Below, piece by piece: positions 25,624 to 38,327 of a stretch of 64,000 nucleotides of DNA. Numbering within the stretch: the first letter of the stretch is position 1; each line of letters opens with the position of its first letter. The stretch is from assembly GCA_022813965.1 (NCBI GenBank), contig JALDZS010000127.1:1-64000 (forward strand), given 5' to 3'. Position numbers and translations under genes: made by a program. Under the pieces are notes generated by a model that made no database searches, was not told where the DNA came from, and worked only from the letters and a program-made list of their open reading frames with translations. This DNA comes from Toensbergia leucococca. Its lineage: Eukaryota.

Positions 25624-27263
25624 ATGAAGTACGCTCTTTTCGCCGTTTTGGCCTCCTTGGCTTTCTCTTCGGCTGAACCCCAACGAGAGGTTCGAACAAA
25701 GCACTTGCGCTTCTCACTGGATAAACGAAGCACTTCTCCCCCCGAACCAGTCGAGGGAACAAAGGGAGGTCAAATTCTAGGTAAATTCTCCGACAGCTGA
25801 GCGCTCATGTCGCTGCTTCCCAAAAGAATCGTACTAATGAGTCCTCTCCTAATAGAAGGAGACAATGCCGCAATCTCCTTTGAGAATCCTGACAACATCA
25901 CACCTCCGTCTACGGATGCAGGTGCAGTGATCAATTACAAATGGAGCTTCTCAAATTCTGTCGAACAACTATACAACGGTGGATGGATTCGGGTACAGGT
26001 ACGAGAAACTGGCAGGCTGAATTGAAAACTCGTCCATGTCTTGTTCGAATTCGCTGACGATAGTTGTGGGTACTGCACAGACAGTAACAGATCTCCCGCC
26101 TGCGACAGACTTTTCTTCGGCGCAGAATCATCTCGAAAAGGGCGCCATTCGGGAGATGCATTGGCATAGAACAGTGGGTAATTGGGAATAGTCATCAGCG
26201 ACCTAAATGCTGACTTAGTACGAACACAGTCAGAGTGGGGTTTCGTAACTGCTGGAGCCGTACTCGTGAGTCAGATCACCCTTGGTACAAGGAGTTCAGT
26301 AACCTAATCTAGTCCAATAGGTCTCGGCCGTTAACGATCAAGGCCAAAATCAAATCTTCAAAGCAGAGACAGGCGATGCGTGGTATTTCCCACCTGGGGA
26401 ACCTCATGTCATACAAGGAATGGATGACATGAACGAATATCTTCTAATCTTTGACGACGGAAACTTCAATGCTCCCGGATTTACCTTTTCAGTCGATAAT
26501 TGGATCACGCACACTCCACCGGACGTACTCGCAAAGAATTTCGGTGTCAACAACACAGCTTTCGCAAACACGGCAAATCCGGACAAGGCCCTTCAACCAG
26601 GGAAAGCCAGCAATACGACCGTCGGGAGTCCCTTTGGGCAATTGACCGATAACAGCTCGTACCACTATCCAGCATCGCAGGTCAACGCCACCGAGGCGCC
26701 TGGTGGGGGAGGAACTGTCAAGATCATTGACTCTTCGGTATTCCCGATTGCGACGACCCTTGCGGTGACACTGGTCGAGGTCCAGCCTGGTGGAATGAGA
26801 GAAATGCATTGGCATCCAAACGTTAGTCCCTAGAGTCCCTTGGCCTTTTTCTGACCAAATGTCTAACTGTTGGTGTCGATGATTTAGTCGGATGAGTGGC
26901 TGTACATCCAGTCCGGAACTGCCCGAGCAACCCTCTGGCTCGGCACCAGTCTAGCCAGAACATTTGATTTCTCAGCAGGTGATACAGTCGTGTTTCCCAT
27001 CAGCGCAGGTACGTTGACATCCCATCTAATGATTCTATATTAACTCTCTGGTTTTCGCTCATACTCAAACAGGCCACTACATCGAAAACACGGGCAATGA
27101 CACGTTGTCATATCTCGAAGTCTTCAAAGCCGACCGGTGTATAGACGTCTCTCTGATGCAATGGTTGGCCCTTTCACCCCCGGACCTTGTCTCCCAGGTC
27201 CTCAACATCTCGGTACCGACGGTCCAGAATTTTTCTGAGACCAAGCAGATCATAGTCAAGTGA
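25624..27263 (+). CDS. Secreted bicupin, oxalate decarboxylase/oxidase family
   Basis: Signal peptide MKYALFAVLASLAFSSA; two Mn-binding cupin sets (IREMHWH..SEW...PHVIQG; MREMHWHPN.DEW...GHYIEN); several GT-AG introns. Confidence 0.9.
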
Positions 27264-27844
27264 ACAGCCGACGGTCTTTGAAGCTCTTTAATTTCTTTTG
27301 TTGAAACTCGGAGTTAGATCTCGAATTGTACCATCATCTTGAATCAAGGCATCTTGGGTCTTGACCCAATGAGTTGTATGTATCAATAACTTTAGAATTA
27401 GAAGAAACAGAAACCTTTGACCTGATCATTGACGTTTGGGTGATTAAACCAAATCCGTTTAAGAGATTCTGATCGCCATCACGATGTTAGACTGAGTATT
27501 ATACCCTTCTTTTATCTCTTGGTGTTTTTTGATCGCGAATTTTCAAGTCATTAACCCTAAGATTCAACAATGCGACCACCAATTTTCGATGTTCCTTTCT
27601 ATTCTTGATGGTGAGACATCATATGAGACGGACATGTACATCTGATATATCAATATGGCTTGCAACGGATCTTGGGGTAGAAACATGTCAGAATGCAATA
27701 GTTATTCAGAGTCTTGCGAGGCAGTTTCCTCAAAACAGCCTGATATAGAGCATAGTAAATCAATCAAGATCAAGAACACTCGAGCACGGAATACCGTCGA
27801 ACAAACATGATCCTCTGAAATCACAGCACTCTCGAAAGCCACCT

Positions 27845-28822
27845 TTAAGTAAGCACCACAATCTTCCCCCCAGCCTTATTATCATCCATACACTGATGCG
27901 CCTCAACAATCTGATCGATCCCAAAAACCTTCCCAATCGGAACGTTCAACTTCCCCTCCATGACCTGCTTAGCCAGATCATTCAGAGGCGTCTGCATAAA
28001 ATCGTCCGGACCTCCAGAGTAGGTGGTAAGATTGACGGCCGTGGGGATGAAGCCCATGGGCGTAAAATTGTCAATAGTCCACTTGCCACCGACAATACCG
28101 GTAATGCAGACACTACCCCCTTCTTTGACGCACTGGAGAGAATCTCCAAGCAGCGTTGTACCGATGAGTTCAAGGACTCTGTCAAAGCCTTCAGGACATA
28201 ATTTCCTAGCTTTCTCGGCAACGGACCCGTCGTCAATAATCACCTCATCTACACCATTGGCATGCAGTAGCTTCTCCTTGCCGGATTGGCGGGTCGTAGC
28301 CGCAACAAAGTTGCCGTTATTCTTGGCAATGGCCGCGGCCGCCAGCCCGACGGAAGTGGTGCCACCCCGAATGAGCAGCCGTTCGCCTTTCCGGATGCGC
28401 AGGGCTTTGAACAACGACCCCCACGCCGTCTGCAGCATTTCCGGCATGGCGCCCAGAGTTTCCCACGGAAGCTCAGACTCGATCACCTGCACCTGCCCTG
28501 CAGGAACGCAGGTGTATTCCGCATAGCCGCCGTTGAACTGCCGGCCCATTCCGCCCATGGCGGTGGCCACGACATCGCCTTTGCTGAATTCCTTTCCCGG
28601 AGCATCCTCGACCACACCGACGGCTTCGATGCCCAGGACTCTGGGAAACTCAACGCCGGGGGAGTGGCCTTGGCGGGTGAACATTTCGGAGCGGTTCAGG
28701 CCGAAGGCTTTGACGCGGATTAAGACCTCGCCGGATTTGGGGGTAGGGATGGGGAGGGTCTCGAGCCTGAGGACGTCTGGCCCTCCGATTTCGCGGATGA
28801 GTACTGCTTTCATGGTTGCCAT
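27845..28822 (-). CDS. NADPH:quinone oxidoreductase-like MDR (Zn-independent)
   Basis: [42 protein letters not shown]; no Zn-ligand Cys cluster; intronless. Confidence 0.9.
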   Translation of the reverse strand: MATMKAVLIREIGGPDVLRLETLPIPTPKSGEVLIRVKAFGLNRSEMFTRQGHSPGVEFPRVLGIEAVGVVEDAPGKEFSKGDVVATAMGGMGRQFNGGYAEYTCVPAGQVQVIESELPWETLGAMPEMLQTAWGSLFKALRIRKGERLLIRGGTTSVGLAAAAIAKNNGNFVAATTRQSGKEKLLHANGVDEVIIDDGSVAEKARKLCPEGFDRVLELIGTTLLGDSLQCVKEGGSVCITGIVGGKWTIDNFTPMGFIPTAVNLTTYSGGPDDFMQTPLNDLAKQVMEGKLNVPIGKVFGIDQIVEAHQCMDDNKAGGKIVVLT

Positions 28823-29236
28823 TATTCGAATGCTTGTGCGAGGTGATGGGAAATAGACGGTGGGGGGTTTGGTTCTAGATGAGAAGGCGATGAGTTGGGA
28901 TAACGATGAAAGTAGTGTATGGTGGGGCGATCTTCGAATGATCATTTCAGAAGACGGGGAAGCCCACCCTGATATATCCACCTGAATTGATCCATGTGGA
29001 AGAAGATGAAATGCCCAAGGTACTTCTTCCTTTATCGCCCCCGCTTTACTTATTCCATGGTAAACATCGGGCTTAACGGCCCTTTCGTCGCCTAAAGAAG
29101 CGGGCGCGCGGGGACTCGGGACCTGCCAAGCCCGAGAGCCGTAGCGCGGGGTTTTCTCTGAAACGCCACCAACGCCCCGCGTTCATCCATGTTGAAAGTT
29201 CTCCCCTGGATTGATTGACTCAAAAATAAAACAACC

Positions 29237-30745
29237 ATGATGACTCCCCACCCCTTCAATATCACGAACGCGAGGTCCCACTTCCCAGCCCTAAATCAAC
29301 CCCAAATCTTCCTCGACAACGCCGGCGGAAGCCAGACCCTCAACACCGTCATCACCGAGTAAGGGCCTCCCTTCCTCCCAAAGCCTCCTCTAAATCTCCC
29401 GGAAACCCCAGCATCACCAACTACCTCCACCAAAGCAATGTCCAGCTCGGCGCCTCGTACAAAGTCGCCCAGCAATCCACGAGCAAGTACGCCGACGGGT
29501 ACAAAGCCGCCGCCGCTTTCATGAACGCGCGCGAAGATGAGATTGGCATGTCTCTCTCCTGCAGCAATCGAGACCCCGAACCACACCCCCATAAATTTTC
29601 CCCTGCTGACCATTTCACCCATCCAACCACTTCAGTAATCGGCCCCTCCACAACTCAACTCTTCACCAACCTCGCCCAGGCCCTACGTTTCCCCCCAGGC
29701 TCTGAAATAATCCTCTCCTCTCTCGACCACGAAGCCAACATAAGTCCCTGGCTGCGCCTAGCGAAAAGCCAGGACCTGACCGTGAAATGGTGGACGCCGC
29801 CTCCCACCAATGCCCATTCTCTCACTCTGACAAGAGAAAATCTGCGGCCGCTGCTTTCGAAAAAGACGCAATTGGTGGCTTGTACGCACACGAGCAATGT
29901 TCTCGGGACGATTCATGATATCAGGGCTATTGCGAGTGAGGTGCATAAGATCCCAGGCGCGATGTTGTGTGTGGATGGAGTGGCGTTTGCGCCGCATCGG
30001 GAGGTTGATGTAAAAGCGCTGGGGGTGGATTTCTACGCTTTTTCGTGGTACAAGGTTCGAATCCTCTCCTAAAATGCCCACACTGCCAGAAAAACAAACC
30101 ACTGATCTTGTATATTCCGCCAAACCCTTCAGGTTTACGGCCCTCACATATCAATATTATACGCCTCCCAATCTGCACAGACCCAACTCCAGTCACTGGG
30201 CCACTACTTCCATGTTCCAGCCAACGACCTCTCCACCAAACTCAACCTCGCAGCTTCAAGCTACGAGCTCGTTGCCTCCATCCCTTCCATCCTCACCTAC
30301 TTCGGCCCGGACCGGAAAGAATCCTGGAAAGCAATCTTGACCCACGAGGAATCCCTACAATCCATCCTTCTAGACTACCTCAATAGCAAAGAAAACGTGA
30401 TTGTATACGGTGAGGAATCCTCCGACGCAAGATCGAGGGTGCCGGTCGTAAGCTTCAGCGTGTTGGACGTGAGCTCACGGGAGATTGTCGAGAAAGTGGA
30501 AGCGTGTTCGGATTTTGGGATACGGTGGGGACATTTCTATTCCAAGAGGATGGTGGATGAAGTACTTGGGTTGGGCCCAGCTGGGGTCGTGAGGGTCAGC
30601 ATGGTGCATTATAACACCGGTAAGCGTTGATAGGTTTTCTTGGACTGCTCGTGCTTGCTGTTGGTCGTTCGTTAAAGCTGATTACGAATGTGTAGAGGAC
30701 GAGATACAACGGCTTGTGGAAATCTTGAACAGTGTAATTCCGTAG
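29237..30745 (+). CDS. PLP-dependent class V aminotransferase-fold enzyme (cysteine desulfurase-like / C-S lyase)
   Basis: DNAGGSQ, DHEAN, SNVLG, VDGVAFAPH, FSWYK(VYGPH) PLP lysine, VRVSMVHYNT; four introns, one GC-AG (29546-29635). Confidence 0.88.
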
Positions 30746-31099
30746 ACTATGTCCAGGGTACAAGTATAGATAATAGCTTTCGTTTCAGTCCTTCATTCTT
30801 TAACTCCTCCAACACTACTAAGCATCACGCAGATCAATTGTTTGAGTGAGCAGTTCTTGTTAATACTTTGTATCACTACTACTTCTCTCGTACACAATCC
30901 ACCTCGGAATTGCGAAACGGTGATAAACTAGGAACTCCTTTCGCGAGGGCACAAAGTCAATCTTCTGGTAGAGCGTTGGCAGTATTCAGGCCATCCTTTA
31001 AGACATGAGTGCATATACCATACTTTAAGAATACTGCGATTTCGTCGAGGTGTACTTAGTGATGCAGATAGTGATGTCAGTAACCGAAAAATACTGAAA

Positions 31100-32058
31100 T
31101 CAATGGACTTGCTTCACAATCATCTTCATATAATCCCTCACAAAAGGTCCACCTTGCTCGATGAGCTGGGAAAAGTCTTCCGACTCTGCCATGGTCTTGC
31201 ACTCGCACGCCACGTAATGAGATACGAGATGCCGAAGATCGTCAACATCCTGATTCAAGTCGGGCGTATTGGAATAGGTGTATTGTAAAAGCTCGACAAT
31301 GGCGCCGGTTTTTGATGGGCCGAGGGTGAAGGAGACGAGTAAATGCCAGAGCTTATGGATTGCAAGTGTCTCAAGAGGCTTTATGCCATACTTTTGGCCA
31401 AAGACGTATAGACGAGCATGGCACAATAGGGGTTCGGCATCGTTGTCACTCCACTGCTGTTTGGTGCGGGCTGGAGTCTGAGTAAGAGAGCTAGTGGTGG
31501 CAATGGGTCGAGAACAGGGTAGAGTCCCGAAAGTTTCCCACAGTTCATTTCTTCTCGCAATTTCCTTTGGCGGAGAAAAAGTAAAGCCCTGGCCCCTTTT
31601 TTTCTCGTATTTATTTGGAAAGTATACTGCTTGCGGGGTGCTATTCGGATCGTCTGTGTCCCTGATAAGCGTGTACTTGGGTGGTGTCCCGAACCTCCAG
31701 CGCGGGATCTTGGACGAGATCTTACCCTCCTCGGAAACGTCTGCTGGCTTCACTGGACTCGAGGGTATATAGTCTCCAGTGTACACGAACTGACTGAAGC
31801 GAACAAACGTGTCTTCATCGACATCGTCAAGTACAGCGACACCTTTCCGTGCCTCGGACATGTCGCCATTGACCAGCACATTGAGGGCGGCCGAGTGATG
31901 GGCCACGAGAGCGGAGTGAAGAGTGATGGAAGTTCGAGTGGGACCGACGAGAAAATTGAAGGGTGGAGAGGTGACGATTCTAAGAGGTACACGGTCAGCG
32001 ATGATAGAATGAAGGGAGTGGAGTGCTGGGTTCGCTACTGTTCAAATGAGATGCCCAT
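31100..32058 (-). CDS. BTB/POZ domain protein
   Basis: Spliced start MGISFEQIVTSPPFNFLVG...LHSALV; DVDEDTFVRFSQFVYTGDY; HARLYVFGQKYGI; one intron. Confidence 0.88.
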
Positions 32059-33173
32059 CTTCGGTGTGAAGCTGAGCTGAGCTGAGCTGAGCTGAAGTCA
32101 AGACTGAACGCTGCTTTGGTTCAAGGTAGCAATGCAATGCACACCAGGCTTGGTGAAGTAGATAATTAATGTGATGGAAATGGCGTCTTGATACAAAATC
32201 GCGTTGTGTGTCATGTAGAATATTGTTTACACTCAGCCCTACACGGGGGCCGAGCTCAAGCCAATGAGCTCGAAGACAACAACACTTCGATTCCTGCCTC
32301 CTCCCTCCTTCCTCCGCACCTACCTACCTACTCACACATAGCCTCCCCTTCATGACAATCTACAGTACTTCAAGAGCCTTTCTACGCTTGTGTGATGGAT
32401 CGAGTGGCCTCGGAGAGCTACTGCACTGTGGAACCTGTCCCTATCCACGAGGTACTAAATATGATCACCCCACCCACTGGACGTGTCTCCGCACTCTTGT
32501 ACCTTCTAAAACATCATCGTTAATAAACTCTCCCTCATGGTCAGGGGAAAGATCTGCAGGGTCTTGTGTAGGTTGATTGAGCAGGAAGTATAATTTGTCC
32601 GCATCAACTCTAGCAGCTAGCCTTCTCCGCATTCATCAAGCATCCTGTCAACTCTGCCTGCCTTTCCACCAGACTTCTACACTCGTCTGAGCTATTCCTT
32701 AGCAAGACATATGCTCGAGTTTCACCAGAATACCATGGCATTTCCTTGCTCGATTGGGCACATGCTTATATGGCAACATGCAGATGAAAACTGCTATACC
32801 TTTCCTTGTCGATGGCAAGACTCGTATGTGATCAAGCCAGGGCCAGTTCATCTCTCTTTTTATACATGATGCTTGGTAGCTCATGTAGCTCTGAAGGTCC
32901 GTCGTAAATTGAGGTAGGGTCAATACAGCTCTCTCCCTTTTATTGAGCCCTCTACGACTCTGCATCATTGCACGGCTTTCTATTCCGAGTTGATAGAATC
33001 TTGATCGATATTGTCACACCACTATAAGAGAGAGGTCGCATTTGCGATCACCACACCGCAGGCTACGAATACTGCTTCCATGCGACATGCGATGTCTTTC
33101 CTCATTGTCCTATTCATGTATAAATGTCATCGGCACTTCACCAAAGCCATGATCTCCACTCTTCCCAATGATT

Positions 33174-33776
33174 ATGCGCCACATCAAGGTCCACTTTCTC
33201 ATTTCCCTAACCCTTGCTCTGCTGATCATTTCTGCACATGCTGGAATGGTATGTGTTCACGGCTTCTGCTCCAATGAGAACACGAAACCTTCAGACTGCT
33301 CTGCTGCCCCCACGTCTGCGAGTAACAAATTTCGACGATGGATGATGGAGAATGTCAAAAGCACAGAATTCCACGTTCGTGGCATGCCATTCTGCTATTA
33401 TCTAGCCGGCAGCTACCGCGGTAGTACTGCATGTATCGTCAACAAGCCCACGCAAGTCTTCCTTCTTCCAGCTGGGAGATACATCTTACATTGGGCCGTT
33501 GGGTACGACACTGGGCCTGCTTCATTTGCAAATGGTATATCCTTACATCTTTATGTCTTCTTCTACATACGTCTTCTCTAATAAACGATCGTCTCAGTCC
33601 AAGTTGAGATGTGGGCCAAGGGCGTTTCTGGGAGGTTCGACAGCCTAATTCAGATATTCTGGAAAGACAACCTAGAATTTCTGAGCGACGGAATTACTTA
33701 CTTTTTCCTGGTCTTAAGACAGTCACAGCAGACTTCGCCACATCAAATAATCGAGGCATGGGCCACGATGAAGTAG
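33174..33776 (+). CDS. Small secreted Cys-containing protein (effector-like); 3' end uncertain
   Basis: Signal peptide MRHIKVHFLISLTLALLIISAHA, 5 Cys in exon 1, intron 33535-33597; coding-like frame continues to 34032 out of frame. Confidence 0.55.
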
Positions 33777-34979
33777 GAGACATGGGGAATCAGGATGGGT
33801 TTTCTTTGTCGGACGCAAAGTCTTGTTGAAGAATCCTGTAGTAGTCAGGCCAAGGTCAATAGACTGCTCCAACAATGGCCAATTTTATAAGAGGTTTAAG
33901 TACTTAATTTTCATTAAAGACAATGCCACCAACGTCAACGGAGAAGGTGAGTCCAACGTGTGTCGTACATTCAACTACATTGTTGACCTTCCACTCGCCC
34001 AAGCTCGAAAGTTGCCTGACTGCTCTGAATAAGATTTTCATTAACCCCAAGACGTACCTTCTGACGTCTCCCTTTATTATTTTTACCATATCTCCATCTC
34101 TTTTGTTTCTAGGCCTTGTGTCAAATCTGCTGATCCTCTATTCCCTTCCTACCTCGATCAAGTACTACACATTTTTGCCCACCATAGCCGCTCCTCTCGC
34201 TCCTCTTGTCGCACCATGAAGGAATTCCACTCCACACTCGACCCCACATATCTGAAACACCATCTCCCACACGCCTACCAATCCACCCGCAAGTCCAGGA
34301 CCGCCTATTCGCATTTCCATACCGAATTGCTTTACTCGATAACCCCCACCACTCATCTCCCACCACCGCCACTTTCCCCCATGATCGAATATTTCCCCCA
34401 TCCCCACCACCCCTCTCCCCCACATGCGCACTTTCCTCACATCCAGCTCCCTACCCTCCAATCCTGAACCAAACCATCTATCCGCTCCCGTCTCATTCCC
34501 CAAACTCATACCGCCAGCCCCAAGGATCAACCCCAACCCTTCTTCTCCGTCAGTGTCAAAAACCTCCCTCCCACGCACTCTTCAACCCCCGCCTACAACC
34601 ACCTTGAACACCACCCAACAGTCGTAAAACAAAACATCGCATTATAACCATTTCATATAATCATCATCACTGAATCTTTGAAAAGCACACCCAGCTCAAA
34701 GGAAGAGCATGAGACCTGCTTCACCAACCCCACAGCTAGGCATCTCAACGATTTCAAAACAAGCCCACTACCTCGCAGCAGAAAATTCAAATCAAGAAAG
34801 GCCTGGCTCGGCTCGGCTCGGCTCGGCTCGAAATGGATGACTCGCATCAAGTGGAGAAGTTGAGGTCTTTGGCAGAGGACTATAAGCCATGGACTGATGA
34901 ACGAGGCGCGATTCAGGGGTCTAGGTAGAGGGAGTGAATGAGTGAGTCAATGATGAAAAGGAAGCTGATAGTCAGAAGA

Positions 34980-35700
34980 GAATCAATGAATGAAACTTGT
35001 TCTAAATTCACTCAATCACAGTTTTCAAATATGAGGGGGGGTGTTTAGTTGCAGTATCAATTCTATAGATCAGGGTCAATAAGTGAGAAATGACGCAAGC
35101 AGATCTTGTCCTGCTCAAGTAAGATTAGAAAGAAAGGTAATTAAATGTTATTTCAGATGAACATTGATTCCTTGAGTGATTGATTGATTGATTTATAGAT
35201 ATCAATCACAGTCACAAAGAAGTCAAACAACAGCGCTTATAAACAGTAAAATGATATTTACATATAAAAGTAATGAGAGTTGCTGTCAGAAAATTGATGC
35301 TGTTATCTAACAACTCTTTATTCTTTAGTTCTGAATCTTTGATTAGCATCATCTGATAAGTGAAAAATCAACTTATCTTCTTAAAGCAGCAAGTCCTTTC
35401 TATCTCTCTCTGTCAGCACTGCCTTGACTGTGTCAACACATTTCTTAAGCAACATCTGCAACGGTATGAGTGAACAACTCTCTCTCACTTAATAAAAAAA
35501 AAACAGCCCTCAAAAAAAGAACCCTGTCCTCACACTGCTTACACACATCATTCAACTTATAGAGCTCACATCTTTCTCACCTCAAGTTCTGAGATGTTAT
35601 CACTCATGACTTCACTTTCAGAAACTCCTCATGCTTATTCACATGATCATCATTGAAGTGTGCTGTGAATAATGCCTTTCATGGGCATAGTCAGCACTAG
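34980..35700. other. AT-rich, CpG-depleted relic tract
   Basis: About 3 CG dinucleotides in ~700 bp, TG/CA-rich, no ORF of 60 aa or more. Confidence 0.55.
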
Positions 35701-37265
35701 GGAGTGCGGGTTGAAAGCTGAAATAATAGTCTTCATTTTGAAGGGTTTCGTCGAGGGAAAAGGGGTTGGTGGAGTGTGGAGTTGCGTCAATGTAGTTGCC
35801 GGACTCGTCGCGGGTCCCTTCGTCTTCTGACTGTGTGTAAAGGATGTGATATGTTTCAGTGAAACTGTGAGTTTTTTCAGATTTGCTTGTTCGGGGCTAT
35901 TTGAGGATTTAGTAGGTTGAGGACAATAAAATGAGGGAAGGGGATCGCTACTGATGCAATACTGTCCTTGGCTTTTGCGGGCAACATGTTGTGGAATTCT
36001 ATCTATCTGTTGTCAGGGCGATTAATGGAGTTGCGATCTTCTGAAGAACAAGATAAATGGGCTTTATATTGTGATGATTAGAAGAGTCAGCTTCTAGCTT
36101 GGGGGTTTGGGGGACTCATCATACCATCCTGTCAGTCGTCGACGTCCAAACAAAGCAAAGTCTGATGATACGGCGCAAACAGGTGATCAAGACTTTACTG
36201 AGCATAATTCTGTACAGATTGTCTTTCAAGATTCGCCATGCAAGATGATGGATTGTTTGAATAACGTTTGTGATAAGGAGGTTTGGTGAGAAGTAGGTGG
36301 TAGCATTAGGGACACTGCGACTTAGTATTAGTAAGAGGCTCAAGGCAAAGCGTATTGGAAATGCTTTTGCTACGTGGACGTACTGCGATACACTAGAAAT
36401 GGGCTCGTCAGATACTTCTGTTGTGGAATAGTGGCAGTCCAAGCAGTTGAACGAGAATCCGCTAATGAGTGTTTTCAAATCGAGTGTAGAGGGAATAATT
36501 AGGGCAAAGTAGCCATGGAAGCGACCTGCAATATAGCGGTAATTGAAAGAACAGATTTTGCAACTTCAGCGGTAGAGCTCATCTGGTTTCGTATTTGCTA
36601 TCGAGAAAAGCACGAGATGCCTTTTGCGAGTTGGATTCTGACCAGATTTCGCAAAGGCTTGCGATTTGCGATGATTCAAACGGACTCATTTCTGCTACTC
36701 TCTGAATCTCATAACTGGTATCCACACGTGAGGCGCTTCAATTTTGAGTAGCCAAGCCAGATACAAATGCTACGTTTAGTTGTATCTGGAGTACGATGGT
36801 GGTGGGTAGTAATGAAGTTATCCTGCACTGATGTTCTTGAGATGACAGGACAGTCATTAGATACCTGTTCAGTGATGACCCTGGTGACCCTTCAAATTGA
36901 AGAAATACTGAATAATTTAGCACCATCAGGTGCATTGGAATTGATATAGAAAGACAGAGTTGAAGATTTTGTAAAGATGAGGCTTTGTTGACTCTGGCAA
37001 GTTTCATTCGCCACACAACTTGATTTGATGCCAAGTGATAACTATGTATGCGGATGAGTGCTGTGTCTTATCGGAGCATATTCCATTTCCTATAAAATGT
37101 CACCTCACAATCTATAACTAGAATTGAGACCAGTCTTGATCTGAACTCTACATAGATGCAACGGCGATAAAATTGAAAGGTCTGATCGTGTTCTTCACCT
37201 CGAGGAGCCAATCCAAAATGAAAGGCCAGGAACCACAGTACGGCTTCTGAACGTGATAGATACGT

Positions 37266-38327
37266 TCAAAAGATGCCAAAGGGTGGATAACCCTCAGGAC
37301 ATTGAACACGCCACCGATCAGCTGGATAGTCATCCTCCGGACTTAGCCTCGCCTCCCACTCCGTAAACTGTGCAAGGCACGACATGTACTCTGCCCAGCG
37401 TATTTCCCATGCCAAGCTTACCTCACGTTTATCCTGATCACAAAGGTCCGACTCTCCATCTATAAGTTGCTTCATCTCTTTGAAGTAGCTAGGCCCTCGC
37501 CAAAAGCGTTCTAACCGTAGATCAGCAGCTGTCTTGTTACTCAAGCTGTCCAGGTCCCTGTCTAGGAGGATTGTCTTGGCTTTTTCGTTACGTTGAATGC
37601 AATCATCATTCTCTTCGACCCCAAAAGCTACTGGCGTCTTTTCGGACCCGAAAGCAACTGACGATGTCATGCAATATAAAACCTTTTCAATCTGTTCTTG
37701 AATGTCTACATCATTCTCTGTTGAAAGTGGATAGTCAACAATGACATGATGGATTTTTCGCAGATATCGAAAAGTCCCTAGTAGAAGCTCTATTGGATTT
37801 TCATCACACCTTGATAGATCCCCATATAGAGGGCTGTCCCATGGTGTTTTCGACTCAGTCTCAGAACAGGTAATGGTCATCTCACTCAATCCTGCAGACG
37901 CCGCGAGAGTAGAGACAAGGTTCATGGCAGAGTTTCTGATTCTTATCAGTTGTCCATGATCGTCATCATCTGGAGCATGTAATTCGAGGATGATCTTTTC
38001 GAAGGTAACAGAATTGAAGTTTTGGGGCAAATCTTCAGGTAATCTGTTCAAAGTCCACCCTTCTTCTTTGGGATGGATACAGAAAACAAATCCTCGATTC
38101 CTGTAATAAGTAGTCATAACCTCTCTTTTTAACAGGGGGCTGGTCAGCAAAATAGTCCGGCTCGAAGCGGGCTCAGATGTCCACCGCCGAGCGTATTCCC
38201 ACGGCCGAGAGTGTTCTTGCGCCCAGATTTGTCGGCAGGTGATTCGGCTGTCAGGTTCGAAGTATTGCCAGATCATTGCACGTACTTCTGGCGGTAGCTT
38301 CGAAAAAGCGCCAAGCTGGAGGTCCAT
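37266..38327 (-). CDS. Hypothetical protein with N-terminal F-box-like (2EXR-type) motif
   Basis: FSKLPPEVRAMIWQY near the N-terminus; intronless ~350-aa ORF. Confidence 0.7.
   Translation of the reverse strand: MDLQLGAFSKLPPEVRAMIWQYFEPDSRITCRQIWAQEHSRPWEYARRWTSEPASSRTILLTSPLLKREVMTTYYRNRGFVFCIHPKEEGWTLNRLPEDLPQNFNSVTFEKIILELHAPDDDDHGQLIRIRNSAMNLVSTLAASAGLSEMTITCSETESKTPWDSPLYGDLSRCDENPIELLLGTFRYLRKIHHVIVDYPLSTENDVDIQEQIEKVLYCMTSSVAFGSEKTPVAFGVEENDDCIQRNEKAKTILLDRDLDSLSNKTAADLRLERFWRGPSYFKEMKQLIDGESDLCDQDKREVSLAWEIRWAEYMSCLAQFTEWEARLSPEDDYPADRWRVQCPEGYPPFGIF

Noticed and set aside
30054..30068. GGTTCGAATCC tRNA B-box/T-loop lookalike
   Set aside because: It is the intron donor after FSWYK in the PLP gene; no cloverleaf or A-box seen.
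32071..32095. (GCTGA)5, and a similar (GGCTC)5 near 34805-34829
   Set aside because: Ordinary short microsatellites with no further structure.
36107..37060. Short ORFs, possible decayed gene
   Set aside because: No recognisable motif or consistent exon structure.
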